From: an uncultured Gammaproteobacteria bacterium
GTDB lineage: Bacteria; Patescibacteriota; Microgenomatia; Levybacterales; GWA1-39-11
Direction: 5' to 3'
Length of the DNA: 64,000 bases
Assembly (NCBI GenBank): GCA_964452165.1
Contig: CAYVKP010000004.1
Span: 5,333-69,332 of the forward strand
The notes under the pieces were generated by a model. The model saw only the letters and a list, made by a program, of their open reading frames with translations. It searched no databases and was not told the origin of the DNA. Numbering within the stretch: the stretch's first letter is position 1; every line of letters starts with the position of its first letter. Shown piece after piece: positions 19,035 through 27,983 of this stretch. Position numbers and translations under genes: made by a program.

Positions 19035-19134
19035 ATCCTCTATTCTACCCTTCGTTGTGACTCAGGGCAAGCCCCGAGCAGAAGCTTTTTCAAACTCAGT
19101 TTGAAATTGAAAAACCAATTGATATAATTCCTCC

Positions 19135-19797
19135 ATGACATTACCCAAAGACGTCCCGAATTCAGAAGCCGTCCCTTCTTGGCGAGAAACTTGGGCTGAG
19201 GCCAACTATCATGCAGCACTAGTAATCCCACGACTAGGAGGCCTACCGAACAGATTTGAGACAGGAGATTTTAGAGGTCAACATCACATAAAGAATGGTA
19301 TCTTTCTGTTCGATTTCCAACCCAAAATTGGCAAATATCCTTATTCCACTATATATCTTGATCACCCCATTGACGGATCCGGCTTTGATTTAGGACTCGT
19401 AAGCTTAAGAGTCCAAACAGACGAGACACACCGCTATGGTCTTAAATTTGGAACCTTGATTTATGCGGAGGAAAGAACTGACAAAAATGAGGACTATCCC
19501 CTCATCCGCTCTGTTTGGTCCGACGATGGCAAATGGAAGTCAACGGTCTTAAAATTATCAGAAACATCGGGAGGTGAATGGACGCCGGCAAGCCATTTAC
19601 CACAAATCCCGTGGGGAATGTCTAATATGAATTCGCTTCTTGAAATGGGCCTGACGGATCTTACTGATGTTGAACGTTACTTTGAACAAAATGTGCCAAG
19701 AACTATTGACTATGATGCAAAGGCAAGAGAAATACTTGATAGCTCTGGCTTACGGGAGTTTCAAACAGCGCTTCAAAGACCAGGTAATTACACCTAA
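19135..19797 (+). CDS. Hypothetical protein (220 aa)
   Basis: ORF only. Confidence 0.4.
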   Translation: MTLPKDVPNSEAVPSWRETWAEANYHAALVIPRLGGLPNRFETGDFRGQHHIKNGIFLFDFQPKIGKYPYSTIYLDHPIDGSGFDLGLVSLRVQTDETHRYGLKFGTLIYAEERTDKNEDYPLIRSVWSDDGKWKSTVLKLSETSGGEWTPASHLPQIPWGMSNMNSLLEMGLTDLTDVERYFEQNVPRTIDYDAKAREILDSSGLREFQTALQRPGNYT

Positions 19798-20672
19798 ATA
19801 CTTTTAGGTCGGGCGAACACTAGGGTACGTTTCCAGTCAGTACCCGGAGGCCAGCAAGTTTGCAGAATAAGGCGCTCTCCTTGCCCAAGTGCTGCATCAA
19901 CATAAGAAACATCTGATGCGTCAACAAGTTTTGTGTCATAAACTTCATAGTTATAGCGTTTGCCTTTGAAGAAAATATATACCTCATCTCCCAGTTTCAT
20001 ATCTTTTAGCAAATAAAACACGGCGTTGTAGCGGCCCACGTCCCAAAAGTTATCCGCAGAATGGGCAAACAAATAAGTAGTCCCATCTACTCCGGGATAT
20101 GCGGTCCCTTTTGCATGAGCAATACTGTGAATCAAAACACGGAGGTACTCTTCTTTGTTTGATGGATCAACGTTTGCTGTGATTGCCGATGCCGCGCCTA
20201 TTTTTGGAATTACTACAGAGAAGTCAATGTTTGGCGGAACCAAAACTTTTTCCTTATTATTTGAGACTATGTCGCCAAGACCCGGTCCTTGAGTCTTTAT
20301 CTGCTCGCCCTTATTGTATTGAGCGACTATTTTACCGAGTGCGGTGACCGAATTTGACTGTTGCACATCTTCTGCCAAGACGTATTTAACTCCTTTGATT
20401 TTACCAATCTGATAAGATGCCTCGTAGTAAGCAGAAGGACCAAAGGTTGCTCCGAATCCAAAGATTGTAAACAAAATCAGGAAGTTGCCGATTGTACGCA
20501 GAATCAGAATCCGCAGAACCGATCCTTTGCCGTGTGTCGAATGATGCGCCATGAATATATTATAGCCCATTTGGTTGATCTCGCGCCACGCTTGTTGGTA
20601 AAATAGATTTATGAGAACTGATTCAGAGCCCCAAAGAGGTGCTACGGGACAAGCCAATAATAAGGTTGACAA
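19794..20672 (-). CDS. Sortase-family transpeptidase
   Basis: N-terminal TM anchor; His segment (LFAHSADNF); catalytic TLxTC-like motif ERLILQTCWPPGTDWKRTLVFARP near the C-terminus. Confidence 0.6.
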   Translation of the reverse strand: MSTLLLACPVAPLWGSESVLINLFYQQAWREINQMGYNIFMAHHSTHGKGSVLRILILRTIGNFLILFTIFGFGATFGPSAYYEASYQIGKIKGVKYVLAEDVQQSNSVTALGKIVAQYNKGEQIKTQGPGLGDIVSNNKEKVLVPPNIDFSVVIPKIGAASAITANVDPSNKEEYLRVLIHSIAHAKGTAYPGVDGTTYLFAHSADNFWDVGRYNAVFYLLKDMKLGDEVYIFFKGKRYNYEVYDTKLVDASDVSYVDAALGQGERLILQTCWPPGTDWKRTLVFARPKSI

Positions 20673-21369
20673 AAACCGGGATCATATGAGGGATGATGCT
20701 TGGGGCGCATATGTAAAAACCAGGCAAAAACCTTTAGTTCATCCCCTGGTTGGCACGGGACTCGTAGCAGCGGGAGTTGTGGCGGCAGGAGCTGCGGCAG
20801 GAATTGCAATAAATACACTACGTGGAGGAAACGATAATCAACCAAAACCTGTTCTTGAATTTGTCCAACGCATGCCAGACGGAGATAGACTTCCGACAGA
20901 ACGTGCCACCGTTTTTTACACTGGAGAGATATTTGTGAATCCAGAACTCGTCAGTATTCGCGAAACTCCTAAGCTTGTAGAAAAAGCTAATCCCGGAGCA
21001 AAAAATAAAATATCGCTTTCTGATGATGACGAAATTGACGGTGTAAAAATGAAGGCAATCAGAGCTCGAGGTGGATTTAGGACTAGGAACGCAAAAATGG
21101 CGGAGGACGGAGACGACGTGGACGGTGATGGAAGAGGAAAAATGTGGATTGAGATCGAGGGCATTAGAGATGGTAAACCGTTCACCGGATATATAAGCAG
21201 AAGTCAGCAGACAGAAAAGGACAAGGCGGTTATTGTAGAAACCGTTGGAAGATTTGAACGAATAGTTAGGGCTAATGCTTCTAACGATCGTCGTGCGACA
21301 CTCTTACCCTCTGGTGGATTTAATGTAATGACTCCCCCTGCTACTTCTGATCTTTCTTTTGGGAAATAA
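20611..21369 (+). CDS. Hypothetical protein with Gly/Ala-rich TM segment
   Basis: ORF only; overlaps the sortase 5' end by about 60 nt. Confidence 0.35.
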   Translation: MRTDSEPQRGATGQANNKVDKNRDHMRDDAWGAYVKTRQKPLVHPLVGTGLVAAGVVAAGAAAGIAINTLRGGNDNQPKPVLEFVQRMPDGDRLPTERATVFYTGEIFVNPELVSIRETPKLVEKANPGAKNKISLSDDDEIDGVKMKAIRARGGFRTRNAKMAEDGDDVDGDGRGKMWIEIEGIRDGKPFTGYISRSQQTEKDKAVIVETVGRFERIVRANASNDRRATLLPSGGFNVMTPPATSDLSFGK

Positions 21370-21892
21370 TCATCAAGGCAATTATCAACGCGAATCCGGT
21401 TACTGCCATGAGAGGTATTGTTATGTAACCAAAATAACTTATTTGCTTGAACGCGCAGTTTGCCACCTCATCGCTACAAGGGAGGGGAATTGGTGACATC
21501 TGAAGAATATAATGATAAGTTCCGATTAACAAACCGACTATGCTGAGGGGCAAGATATATTTCTTGATTCCAAAATCATTTTTGACAGCAGCGATTCCCA
21601 AAAGCAACACTAACGGATACATGCAAATTCTCTGATACCAACATAATTTACATGGTACAAAGTGCGCAATCTCAGAGAAGAATAATGAACCAACCATTGC
21701 ACAAAGCGCTACCAAAAAGGCAAGACTCAAACTGTTGTCTGACAAAAATTTTGAAACTTTCTGAAGAGTTTTATTTTTTTTAATACTCTTTTTCATTATG
21801 AGAATAACCACGAGAAAAATGAGTGAAATCTGGCCCACCAAAACTAAATCTGCAAATATTCTAACTATGACAAGCGCTTCTTCCTTACCCAT
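21341..21892 (-). CDS. Disulfide bond formation protein B (DsbB/BdbC family)
   Basis: 4 TM helices; periplasmic loop with the pair HFVPCKLCWYQRICMYP (the C-x2-C...QR signature). Confidence 0.65.
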   Translation of the reverse strand: MGKEEALVIVRIFADLVLVGQISLIFLVVILIMKKSIKKNKTLQKVSKFLSDNSLSLAFLVALCAMVGSLFFSEIAHFVPCKLCWYQRICMYPLVLLLGIAAVKNDFGIKKYILPLSIVGLLIGTYHYILQMSPIPLPCSDEVANCAFKQISYFGYITIPLMAVTGFALIIALMIISQKKDQK

Positions 21893-21893
21893 A

Positions 21894-22613
21894 TTACAAA
21901 TTCGCTTGTATTAACTTCTTGAAGTCGCCGTAGGTTACGGGATTGTTTTCCACCTTTTTATTATTGAGGAAGAATGTGGGGGTTGACGCAACTCCAACAG
22001 AAATACCCTCACTTTGAGTCGCAGCAATTTTTGCCTCAGTCTCACTACTATCTATATCGCGATTGAATTGATCCATGGCAAGATTCATACTTTTTGCTGC
22101 GGCCACCATCTTGGCTTTAGCATCTGAGGCCGAAAGCGGCGCCCAACTGTCTTGGTTATCATAAAGCCAATCGTGCATTAGGTAAAATTTACCTTGATTG
22201 CCCGCTGCAACCGCAGCTTTCGCGGCAAGCATTGCGTTTGGATGAACGGAGGTTAGTGGAAAATTCTTGTAAATAAGTTTCAACTTTCCATCAAAATCCT
22301 TGAGGGCTTGACGAACAAAAGGTTCGTAAACTTTGCACGCCGGACATTGAAGATCTCCATACTCAACGAGAGTTGCCGATGCGCTTGACGCGCCGCGGAC
22401 AAAACCTGCAGAGCTGATTTTAACTGGCTTATTTTTGCTTTGCTTGATGGAGAAAATTAAGAAGCCAAAAAAGATGAGGAAGATGGCTACTCCTACTCCA
22501 AGTATTAACCATTTCGCAGTATCTGAGCCTGCGGTTGCTGCTCCCTGCGCAATTTTCTCAAGGCGTCTTGCTTCTTGTCTCTCGCGTTTTGTCATGGGAC
22601 GATTCTGATCCAT
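21894..22613 (-). CDS. DsbA-like thioredoxin-fold thiol:disulfide oxidoreductase
   Basis: N-terminal TM, thioredoxin active site YGDLQCPACKVYEP; adjacent to the DsbB-like gene. Confidence 0.7.
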   Translation of the reverse strand: MDQNRPMTKRERQEARRLEKIAQGAATAGSDTAKWLILGVGVAIFLIFFGFLIFSIKQSKNKPVKISSAGFVRGASSASATLVEYGDLQCPACKVYEPFVRQALKDFDGKLKLIYKNFPLTSVHPNAMLAAKAAVAAGNQGKFYLMHDWLYDNQDSWAPLSASDAKAKMVAAAKSMNLAMDQFNRDIDSSETEAKIAATQSEGISVGVASTPTFFLNNKKVENNPVTYGDFKKLIQANL

Positions 22614-22656
22614 GTGAAATATCTTAGGTTAAAACAATTAAATAGTCAATAATTTG

Positions 22657-22728
22657 TCGGGGTGGGGAGAATTGGACTCCCTGCCTCGCGAACCCGAATC
22701 GCGCGGTCTACCGATGACCTACACCCCG
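22657..22728 (-). tRNA. tRNA-Pro (anticodon CGG)
   Basis: Hand-folded from the reverse complement. C1:G72 pair with discriminator A73 (hallmark of bacterial tRNA-Pro). D-stem GGTC/GACC. Anticodon stem CGCGA/TCGCG, loop TTCGGGT (U33, CGG, G37). T-stem GGGAG/CTCCC with an atypical T-loop TCCAATT. Confidence 0.7.
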
Positions 22729-22750
22729 ATGTAACTTTTAACAATTGACC

Positions 22751-22789
22751 AATTAACAAAATTAACTAGAACCAAGTTAATTGTTAATT
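22751..22789. repeat. Inverted repeat of tandem AATTAAC heptamers (AATTAACAAAATTAAC ... GTTAATTGTTAATT) between the two tRNA genes
   Basis: Read directly; the context is very AT-rich with many TTAAC/CAATTG palindromes. Confidence 0.4.
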
Positions 22790-22816
22790 TGTTGTTTTCG
22801 TTAACTGTTAAATTTG

Positions 22817-22889
22817 CGTCCCCGAGTGGAGTCGAACCACCAGTCTCGCCCTTAGGACGGGCTTGCTCAATCCATTAAGCTACGGGGAC
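22817..22889 (-). tRNA. tRNA-Arg (anticodon CCU)
   Basis: Hand-folded. Acceptor GTCCCCG/CGGGGAC. D-stem GCTT/GAGC. Anticodon loop GTCCTAA (U33, CCT, A37). T-arm GGTGG-TTCGACT-CCACT. Discriminator G. Confidence 0.75.
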
Positions 22890-22971
22890 ATTAAGCTCAC
22901 AAAATTATATCATAGGAACAGTTTTATTGAGGATCCGGGGTTGACAGAAAGCTTTTTTTTCTGTTAATCTA

Positions 22972-23235
22972 TTGGCTATAATGGCACCTCGAAAAACTCC
23001 AAGAAAAATATCAGTAAAATCGCGTTCTACAAAGAAGGTTACATATAAGAGAGGCCCTACAAAAGTAGAAATTAAAAGAAGTTATAGAAGTCGAGTAATT
23101 TCATTCTTTATTGGAGTTGCAACTGTCGTGGCAATCGGGTTTATAATCTTCTCCTATGCGCAGAGCAATAATTACAAGCAGGTTCTAGGAGCAAGCACCA
23201 ATAATTTAAGAGTTACTCCAATCAGACTCAAATAA
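22972..23235 (+). CDS. Small basic protein with one TM helix (87 aa)
   Basis: ORF only. Confidence 0.35.
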   Translation: MAIMAPRKTPRKISVKSRSTKKVTYKRGPTKVEIKRSYRSRVISFFIGVATVVAIGFIIFSYAQSNNYKQVLGASTNNLRVTPIRLK

Positions 23236-23258
23236 TCCAAGGGGTTCGAACTGGAAAA

Positions 23259-23831
23259 CTAGAGGTCTTCGCCGTAGCGCTTATATGTGTGAATTTCTTC
23301 CGGAGTAAACCAAAGCATTTTTTCAACGTTTGCCTCCTCTATGGAGGCTGAAATGTGGACCAAATTCATAACACCTCTCTGCTCTATATTGGCGTATGCC
23401 GCCGAGTCAGTTGAAAAGTCTCCTCGAATTGTACCGGCAGGAGCAGTCACGGGCATTGTTGGGCCGGCCATATTCACAACATTTTCCACAGCATGGCGTC
23501 CTTCAATAACCATCGCAATAACTGGACCGGACTTAACATAATCAAACAACCATTTATTGACGAGCTTCCCAAGCTCGAGCGCGTCATCTGTCCCAAAATC
23601 TTTTTTGGCGTCTTTGCCGTATTTTGTATAAGTTGCAAGAGTTTTTTCTCCCCAACGTTTAAGAGTTGCTTCCTTATCGCTTTGGTAGTGTTTTAATAGA
23701 AGGTCTTCGGTTGCATGAACCATTTTCATCGCGACTATCTTGAGTCCCATTCGCTCAAAACGGTGAATGAGTTCGCCAACAATTCCGCGTTTGACGCCGT
23801 CCGGCTTTATCATTACAAATGTCTGTTCCAT
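23259..23831 (-). CDS. ndk: Nucleoside diphosphate kinase with C-terminal extension
   Basis: MEQTFVMIKPDGVKRGIVGELIHRFERMGLKIVAMK... and the NDK His-loop region; about 50 aa longer than canonical. Confidence 0.8.
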   Translation of the reverse strand: MEQTFVMIKPDGVKRGIVGELIHRFERMGLKIVAMKMVHATEDLLLKHYQSDKEATLKRWGEKTLATYTKYGKDAKKDFGTDDALELGKLVNKWLFDYVKSGPVIAMVIEGRHAVENVVNMAGPTMPVTAPAGTIRGDFSTDSAAYANIEQRGVMNLVHISASIEEANVEKMLWFTPEEIHTYKRYGEDL

Positions 23832-23901
23832 AACTTATTTATCTTAAAGGCAAATAGATTCAAAGTCAACAGCCGTTGGTTTGAATAAAATCTTGAAGTT
23901 T

Positions 23902-24393
23902 TTAGTTAAATTGAGCTGTTGATATAATTTCTTCAAGATGATTAACCCCTTCTCTTACAGCCCGTACACTAAGCATTCTCGTGGAATCTAGCTTAATAAT
24001 ATAATCGTTGTATATAGTCTTCAGAGCTGGCTTCCCATTTATTGTCATTATTTTGCCAGCACCATTAGGGTAATGCGTTTTAATTAATTCATCGAGTCCT
24101 CGGTCATCCATAGAGGCCTCTACCATAAGTACTTCGTTTCCTGCATAATCCCCGTAGGAATGGGCAGCCTTTGTTCCAACCAGGAAAAAGCTTATTCCAT
24201 TATCATCCGGGGCTTCAGCTGTTTTTTCATAATACCAGTTTTTGGGATATCGAAAACTAAAACCGTAGGTGCTATTTTTATATTCCTTTGTATCCCGCTG
24301 TATTTGTGTGTTTCTATGATAGTTCGGGGAAATAACAAAACCAACGATTGACAGAAACATAATAATTATGAGGGGAGCGATTTTTTTGAGCAT
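23902..24393 (-). CDS. Anchored extracytoplasmic protein, single-module member of the YxFSxKYP...ILSTxKF family
   Basis: N-terminal TM; KNSTYGFSFRYPKNWYYE ... C-terminal HLEEIISTAQFN resembles the module of the tandem array. Confidence 0.45.
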   Translation of the reverse strand: MLKKIAPLIIIMFLSIVGFVISPNYHRNTQIQRDTKEYKNSTYGFSFRYPKNWYYEKTAEAPDDNGISFFLVGTKAAHSYGDYAGNEVLMVEASMDDRGLDELIKTHYPNGAGKIMTINGKPALKTIYNDYIIKLDSTRMLSVRAVREGVNHLEEIISTAQFN

Positions 24394-24452
24394 TTTATTA
24401 ATATTTTAAGTATGCAATATCCAGCAAAATCAAGTCAACGAGTAAAAGGAGA

Positions 24453-25721
24453 CTAGACAAGGAGTTTTTTGAATGGAGCTTCTTTTTTAAAATCTCCGAT
24501 TATTGCAAGATTTAGAGGCTGGGAAAGAAATTCCTTTGCAACTTCCACAACATCTTCAAGAGTAACAGCATCAAACTTTTTAATTACCTCTTCAGGATTC
24601 TCAAGTTTTTTCTCAAAAATCCAATCTGATCCGTAAAAAATTGCTACGGATCTAGTATCTTCAAGCTCCAAAACAAAATGCCCCTTCATATATTCTTTTG
24701 CCTTTTTTAATTCCTCTTCCTTTATCTCGCCTGGCTTTAGGACTTTTTGATATTCGTCTTTGACAACAGTTATTGCATCATTAATTCTCTTGGGGTCTGC
24801 CCCAACAAAAGTTGTAAGGTGACCGCAATCAAGATAATTCTCCGAAACCGTTCGAACGTAATAGGCCAATCCTCTTTTTTCGCGAACTTCATGGAAAAGA
24901 CGTGAGGACATTCCTCCACCCAAAATTGCCGAAAGTACGCTTAGCGGATATTTTTTCTTATCGTCTGTTACGCCAACAGTTCTTACTCCAAGACCAAAAT
25001 GCGCTTGGTCGGTCTTTTTGTATCTTATTTTAACTTGTGAATCCTTCTGTCCTTCAATTACCGATTTATAACCTTCAGTTGTAAATGTGGGGTGAGAACC
25101 GAAATATTTATTTATCATCGCGAGACATTTTTTTTCGTCCACTTTTCCTGCAACTACAACCACCATGTTTGATGCTGAATATAGTTTTTTCATGTAAGCG
25201 ACAAAGTCCTTTTTATTGACCGAACTTATTACTTCCTTACGCCCCGCAATATCCCAACCCATAGGTGTATCTCCATACAAAAGTGATTCGTAAATATCAC
25301 CAATTTTTCTTGGAGGCGTATCTTCGTAAAGATTTATCTCCTCAGTTATTACTCCCCGCTCCTTATCAATTTCTTTTTGATCAAGTAGTAGATTTGCAAG
25401 CATGTCGGAGAGAATATCAAGAGATAGTTCAACGCGGTGCGCTGCAGACTTTATGTAATACCCTGTGTATTCTTTTCCGGTGAAGGCGTTGGATTCTGCT
25501 CCGGCTCCATCAACCAAAGATGCTATTTCAAGCGCGGTCGGTCTTTTCTTGGTTCCCTTGAAGGCCATATGCTCAAGGAAATGGGAAATTCCGTTATTTG
25601 ATCTATCCTCATAACGAGACCCCGCGCCCACCATTACCATAGTTGTTGCAGACTCTACTTCATTGACTGGAATGATAACTACGTTGAGGCCGTTTTTGAG
25701 TGTTGAATGATGAAAACGCAT
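24453..25721 (-). CDS. M16 family zinc peptidase (pitrilysin/insulinase-like)
   Basis: Inverted zinc motif GISHFLEHMAFKGT (HxxEH), downstream E; size is about one M16 unit with two domains. Confidence 0.8.
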   Translation of the reverse strand: MRFHHSTLKNGLNVVIIPVNEVESATTMVMVGAGSRYEDRSNNGISHFLEHMAFKGTKKRPTALEIASLVDGAGAESNAFTGKEYTGYYIKSAAHRVELSLDILSDMLANLLLDQKEIDKERGVITEEINLYEDTPPRKIGDIYESLLYGDTPMGWDIAGRKEVISSVNKKDFVAYMKKLYSASNMVVVVAGKVDEKKCLAMINKYFGSHPTFTTEGYKSVIEGQKDSQVKIRYKKTDQAHFGLGVRTVGVTDDKKKYPLSVLSAILGGGMSSRLFHEVREKRGLAYYVRTVSENYLDCGHLTTFVGADPKRINDAITVVKDEYQKVLKPGEIKEEELKKAKEYMKGHFVLELEDTRSVAIFYGSDWIFEKKLENPEEVIKKFDAVTLEDVVEVAKEFLSQPLNLAIIGDFKKEAPFKKLLV

Positions 25722-25764
25722 AATTTAAAATCTACTTTTGAACCTGAGACAGGGGTTTATTATC

Positions 25765-27474
25765 TCACATTCGCGCGACCGTTTCAATTCCAAGAAGAGC
25801 AAGACCATTCTTAACTACCTGTCCGGTTGCCGCGGTTAGCATTAGACGAAAAGCGCGAACCTCACGGTCTTTGGTATTTAAAATCTGATGTTTTTGATAG
25901 AAAAGATTGAATTTTTGGGCCAGGTCAAACAAATAATTAGCAATTAAATTCGGCGAGTAGGTGCTGGCAGCATTTTCCACAATCTCAGGAAAATGAACTA
26001 ATGCGCTGGCGACTTCTTTTTCCTCCTGTTCAAAATCCAGATTGTTCGCGATTTTTCCTTCAATACCCTCCTCTTTGACTTTTCCAAGAATACTTTGGGT
26101 TCTAACATAAGTATAGAGAATATATGGCCCGGAGTTTCCGTCAAGGGAGATACTCTCATCAAAAGAAAACTGAATATCAGAAGTTCTTCCGAAGCGGAGC
26201 AAGGAATATTTAACGGCTGCGACCGCAACAGTTTCCGCAATAGACGAACTCAATTCGGGGAAGTTTTTTTTGATTTTCTCCCGCGCTTCATCAAGCAACC
26301 ACTCTCCTCTTACAATATTTCCAAGTCTTGATGACATCTTTCCATCTTTAAGCTGGACAAATCCGTAGGGTAAATGTTTTTCTCGGCCGACGAATTTTGG
26401 ATCAACCGTTTCGAGTGCTTTAAAAACTACATCAAAATATCCTGCTTGCTCGGGCCCTACAACATGCAATGCCAGGTCAAACTTAAACTCAGAATATTGA
26501 AGCGGTCCAAGTCCCATTTCTTTGCCTTCATAAGTCGGATTGCCCTCGCCTGTTACAAAAACTCTATTGTGAAGGCCATATTTTTCTCCCGGAAAAATGA
26601 TTGCTCCTTGGTCTTGCACAAAAATCCCATCCTCAACATGGGAAAGGACGATTTTTTTCCCATTCTCATAAACCTCACTTTCAAAAAAAAGTCTGTCAAA
26701 ATGCGTCCCGACTCTTTCGTAAACAGTTTCGAAATATTCAAGACTCCAGACCCGAGTCTTTTCCCAGAGAGGCAAAACCTCGGGATCCTTAGCATATATT
26801 TGTTTATTTATTTTGACAATTTCTTTTTTTGCCCCTTCGTCTTCTTCATATTTTTTTGATCCAGCAGCATATGCTTTCCCTAAAATAGCCGCTTTCTCAA
26901 GACTTGAAAGCTTGTCGCTCTTTTCGATATCAATCTTTAAGTCCTGCAATCCATAAATTGCTTTTGCTACATGCATTCCCACATCTCCTTGATAATTTAC
27001 TCGCGATACCTTTGCGCCTTGCGCTGACAGCAGACGAACAATTGACTCTCCTGTTGTAATATTTCTCAGGTGTCCTATGTGAAATTCCTTGTGAGTATTT
27101 GGATGAGCAAACTCAACCATTATTTTTTTACCCGAAAGCAAACTTCCCTCTCCAAACTTATTACCCGCCGAGATAACATTCGTAAGGTTTTCCTGAAGAG
27201 CTTGAGCTGATAAGAAAAAATTTAAAAATCCGGGTCCGGCTGTCTCAACCTTCTCTACGTTTTTGTCATTTAGTTTTTCGTACTCTCTTTTAATTTGTTC
27301 GGCAATATCTTGAGGCTTTTTGCCAATAACCGAACTCAAACGCATCGCCAAGTTCGTTGAATAGTCTCCGTTTTGACTTCTTTCAGGAATTGAAAGAACA
27401 ATTTCAACCTCCTTACTAGTAAGCTCGCGAACAATTTTCTTAAGATTTTTTAAAATACTTTCTTTTATTTCCAT
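25765..27474 (-). CDS. argS: Arginine--tRNA ligase
   Basis: HIGH-type motif PNTHKEFHIGHLRN, KMSK-like GKMSSRLGN, C-terminal DALR anticodon-binding domain ending ...ARM. The track start at 27525 adds 17 implausible residues; MEIKESIL at 27474 fits ArgRS N-termini. Confidence 0.88.
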   Translation of the reverse strand: MEIKESILKNLKKIVRELTSKEVEIVLSIPERSQNGDYSTNLAMRLSSVIGKKPQDIAEQIKREYEKLNDKNVEKVETAGPGFLNFFLSAQALQENLTNVISAGNKFGEGSLLSGKKIMVEFAHPNTHKEFHIGHLRNITTGESIVRLLSAQGAKVSRVNYQGDVGMHVAKAIYGLQDLKIDIEKSDKLSSLEKAAILGKAYAAGSKKYEEDEGAKKEIVKINKQIYAKDPEVLPLWEKTRVWSLEYFETVYERVGTHFDRLFFESEVYENGKKIVLSHVEDGIFVQDQGAIIFPGEKYGLHNRVFVTGEGNPTYEGKEMGLGPLQYSEFKFDLALHVVGPEQAGYFDVVFKALETVDPKFVGREKHLPYGFVQLKDGKMSSRLGNIVRGEWLLDEAREKIKKNFPELSSSIAETVAVAAVKYSLLRFGRTSDIQFSFDESISLDGNSGPYILYTYVRTQSILGKVKEEGIEGKIANNLDFEQEEKEVASALVHFPEIVENAASTYSPNLIANYLFDLAQKFNLFYQKHQILNTKDREVRAFRLMLTAATGQVVKNGLALLGIETVARM

Positions 27475-27934
27475 GCTCTTAATTTTAAAGCTAAAGGTGG
27501 CAATTGTAAATTGCCATATTGACAACAGTTTCAGGAAGTAATAAAAATGGGCTATGGCCGTTCAACTGCACGAGACCAGTATATCTTCGGAAGATCAGCA
27601 ACGTTTCCAGAGTGCATTATCACGCCCGCTTGAACGCTGGACTCCTGACAAAGCCTCCCAGGAAGCAGATACAATCCTAGCTAAGCTGAGCACAACATCC
27701 TCGGCGCCTGTGAGCAAAAGCACTGTTCAAGGAGTAATACTGGGAGCAATGGAGACTTCAGAAGTACACGACTTTCTAGGTATTCTCGCTGAGAGAAGTC
27801 TGAAGGGGGATTTATGGACTCAGCCCGAACCCAAACCCGCTGAGCAACAACCCACTCACCATCTTCCTCTAAAAAGAGGAGTTCTTTCAAGACTTCCAAG
27901 GCCTCGCTTTTTCGGCAGAAGATAGACCAAGAAA

Positions 27935-27955
27935 AAAGGTCTCGCTTGAGAGACC
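27935..27955. terminator. Bidirectional rho-independent terminator hairpin GGTCTC-gcttga-GAGACC flanked by A-run (5') and T-run (3')
   Basis: gaaaaaaGGTCTCgcttgaGAGACCttttcc read directly; serves the convergent minus-strand gene ending at 27984. Confidence 0.6.
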
Positions 27956-27983
27956 TTTTCCCCTGAAAATTGCCTAACCAACC

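Noticed and set aside
27554-27925. RNase P RNA, tmRNA or SRP RNA identity for the GC-rich block
   Set aside because: None of the universally conserved RNase P CR-I to CR-V strings, the tmRNA tag frame, or the SRP domain IV motif could be found by eye. Kept only as an unassigned candidate ncRNA or alien ORF.
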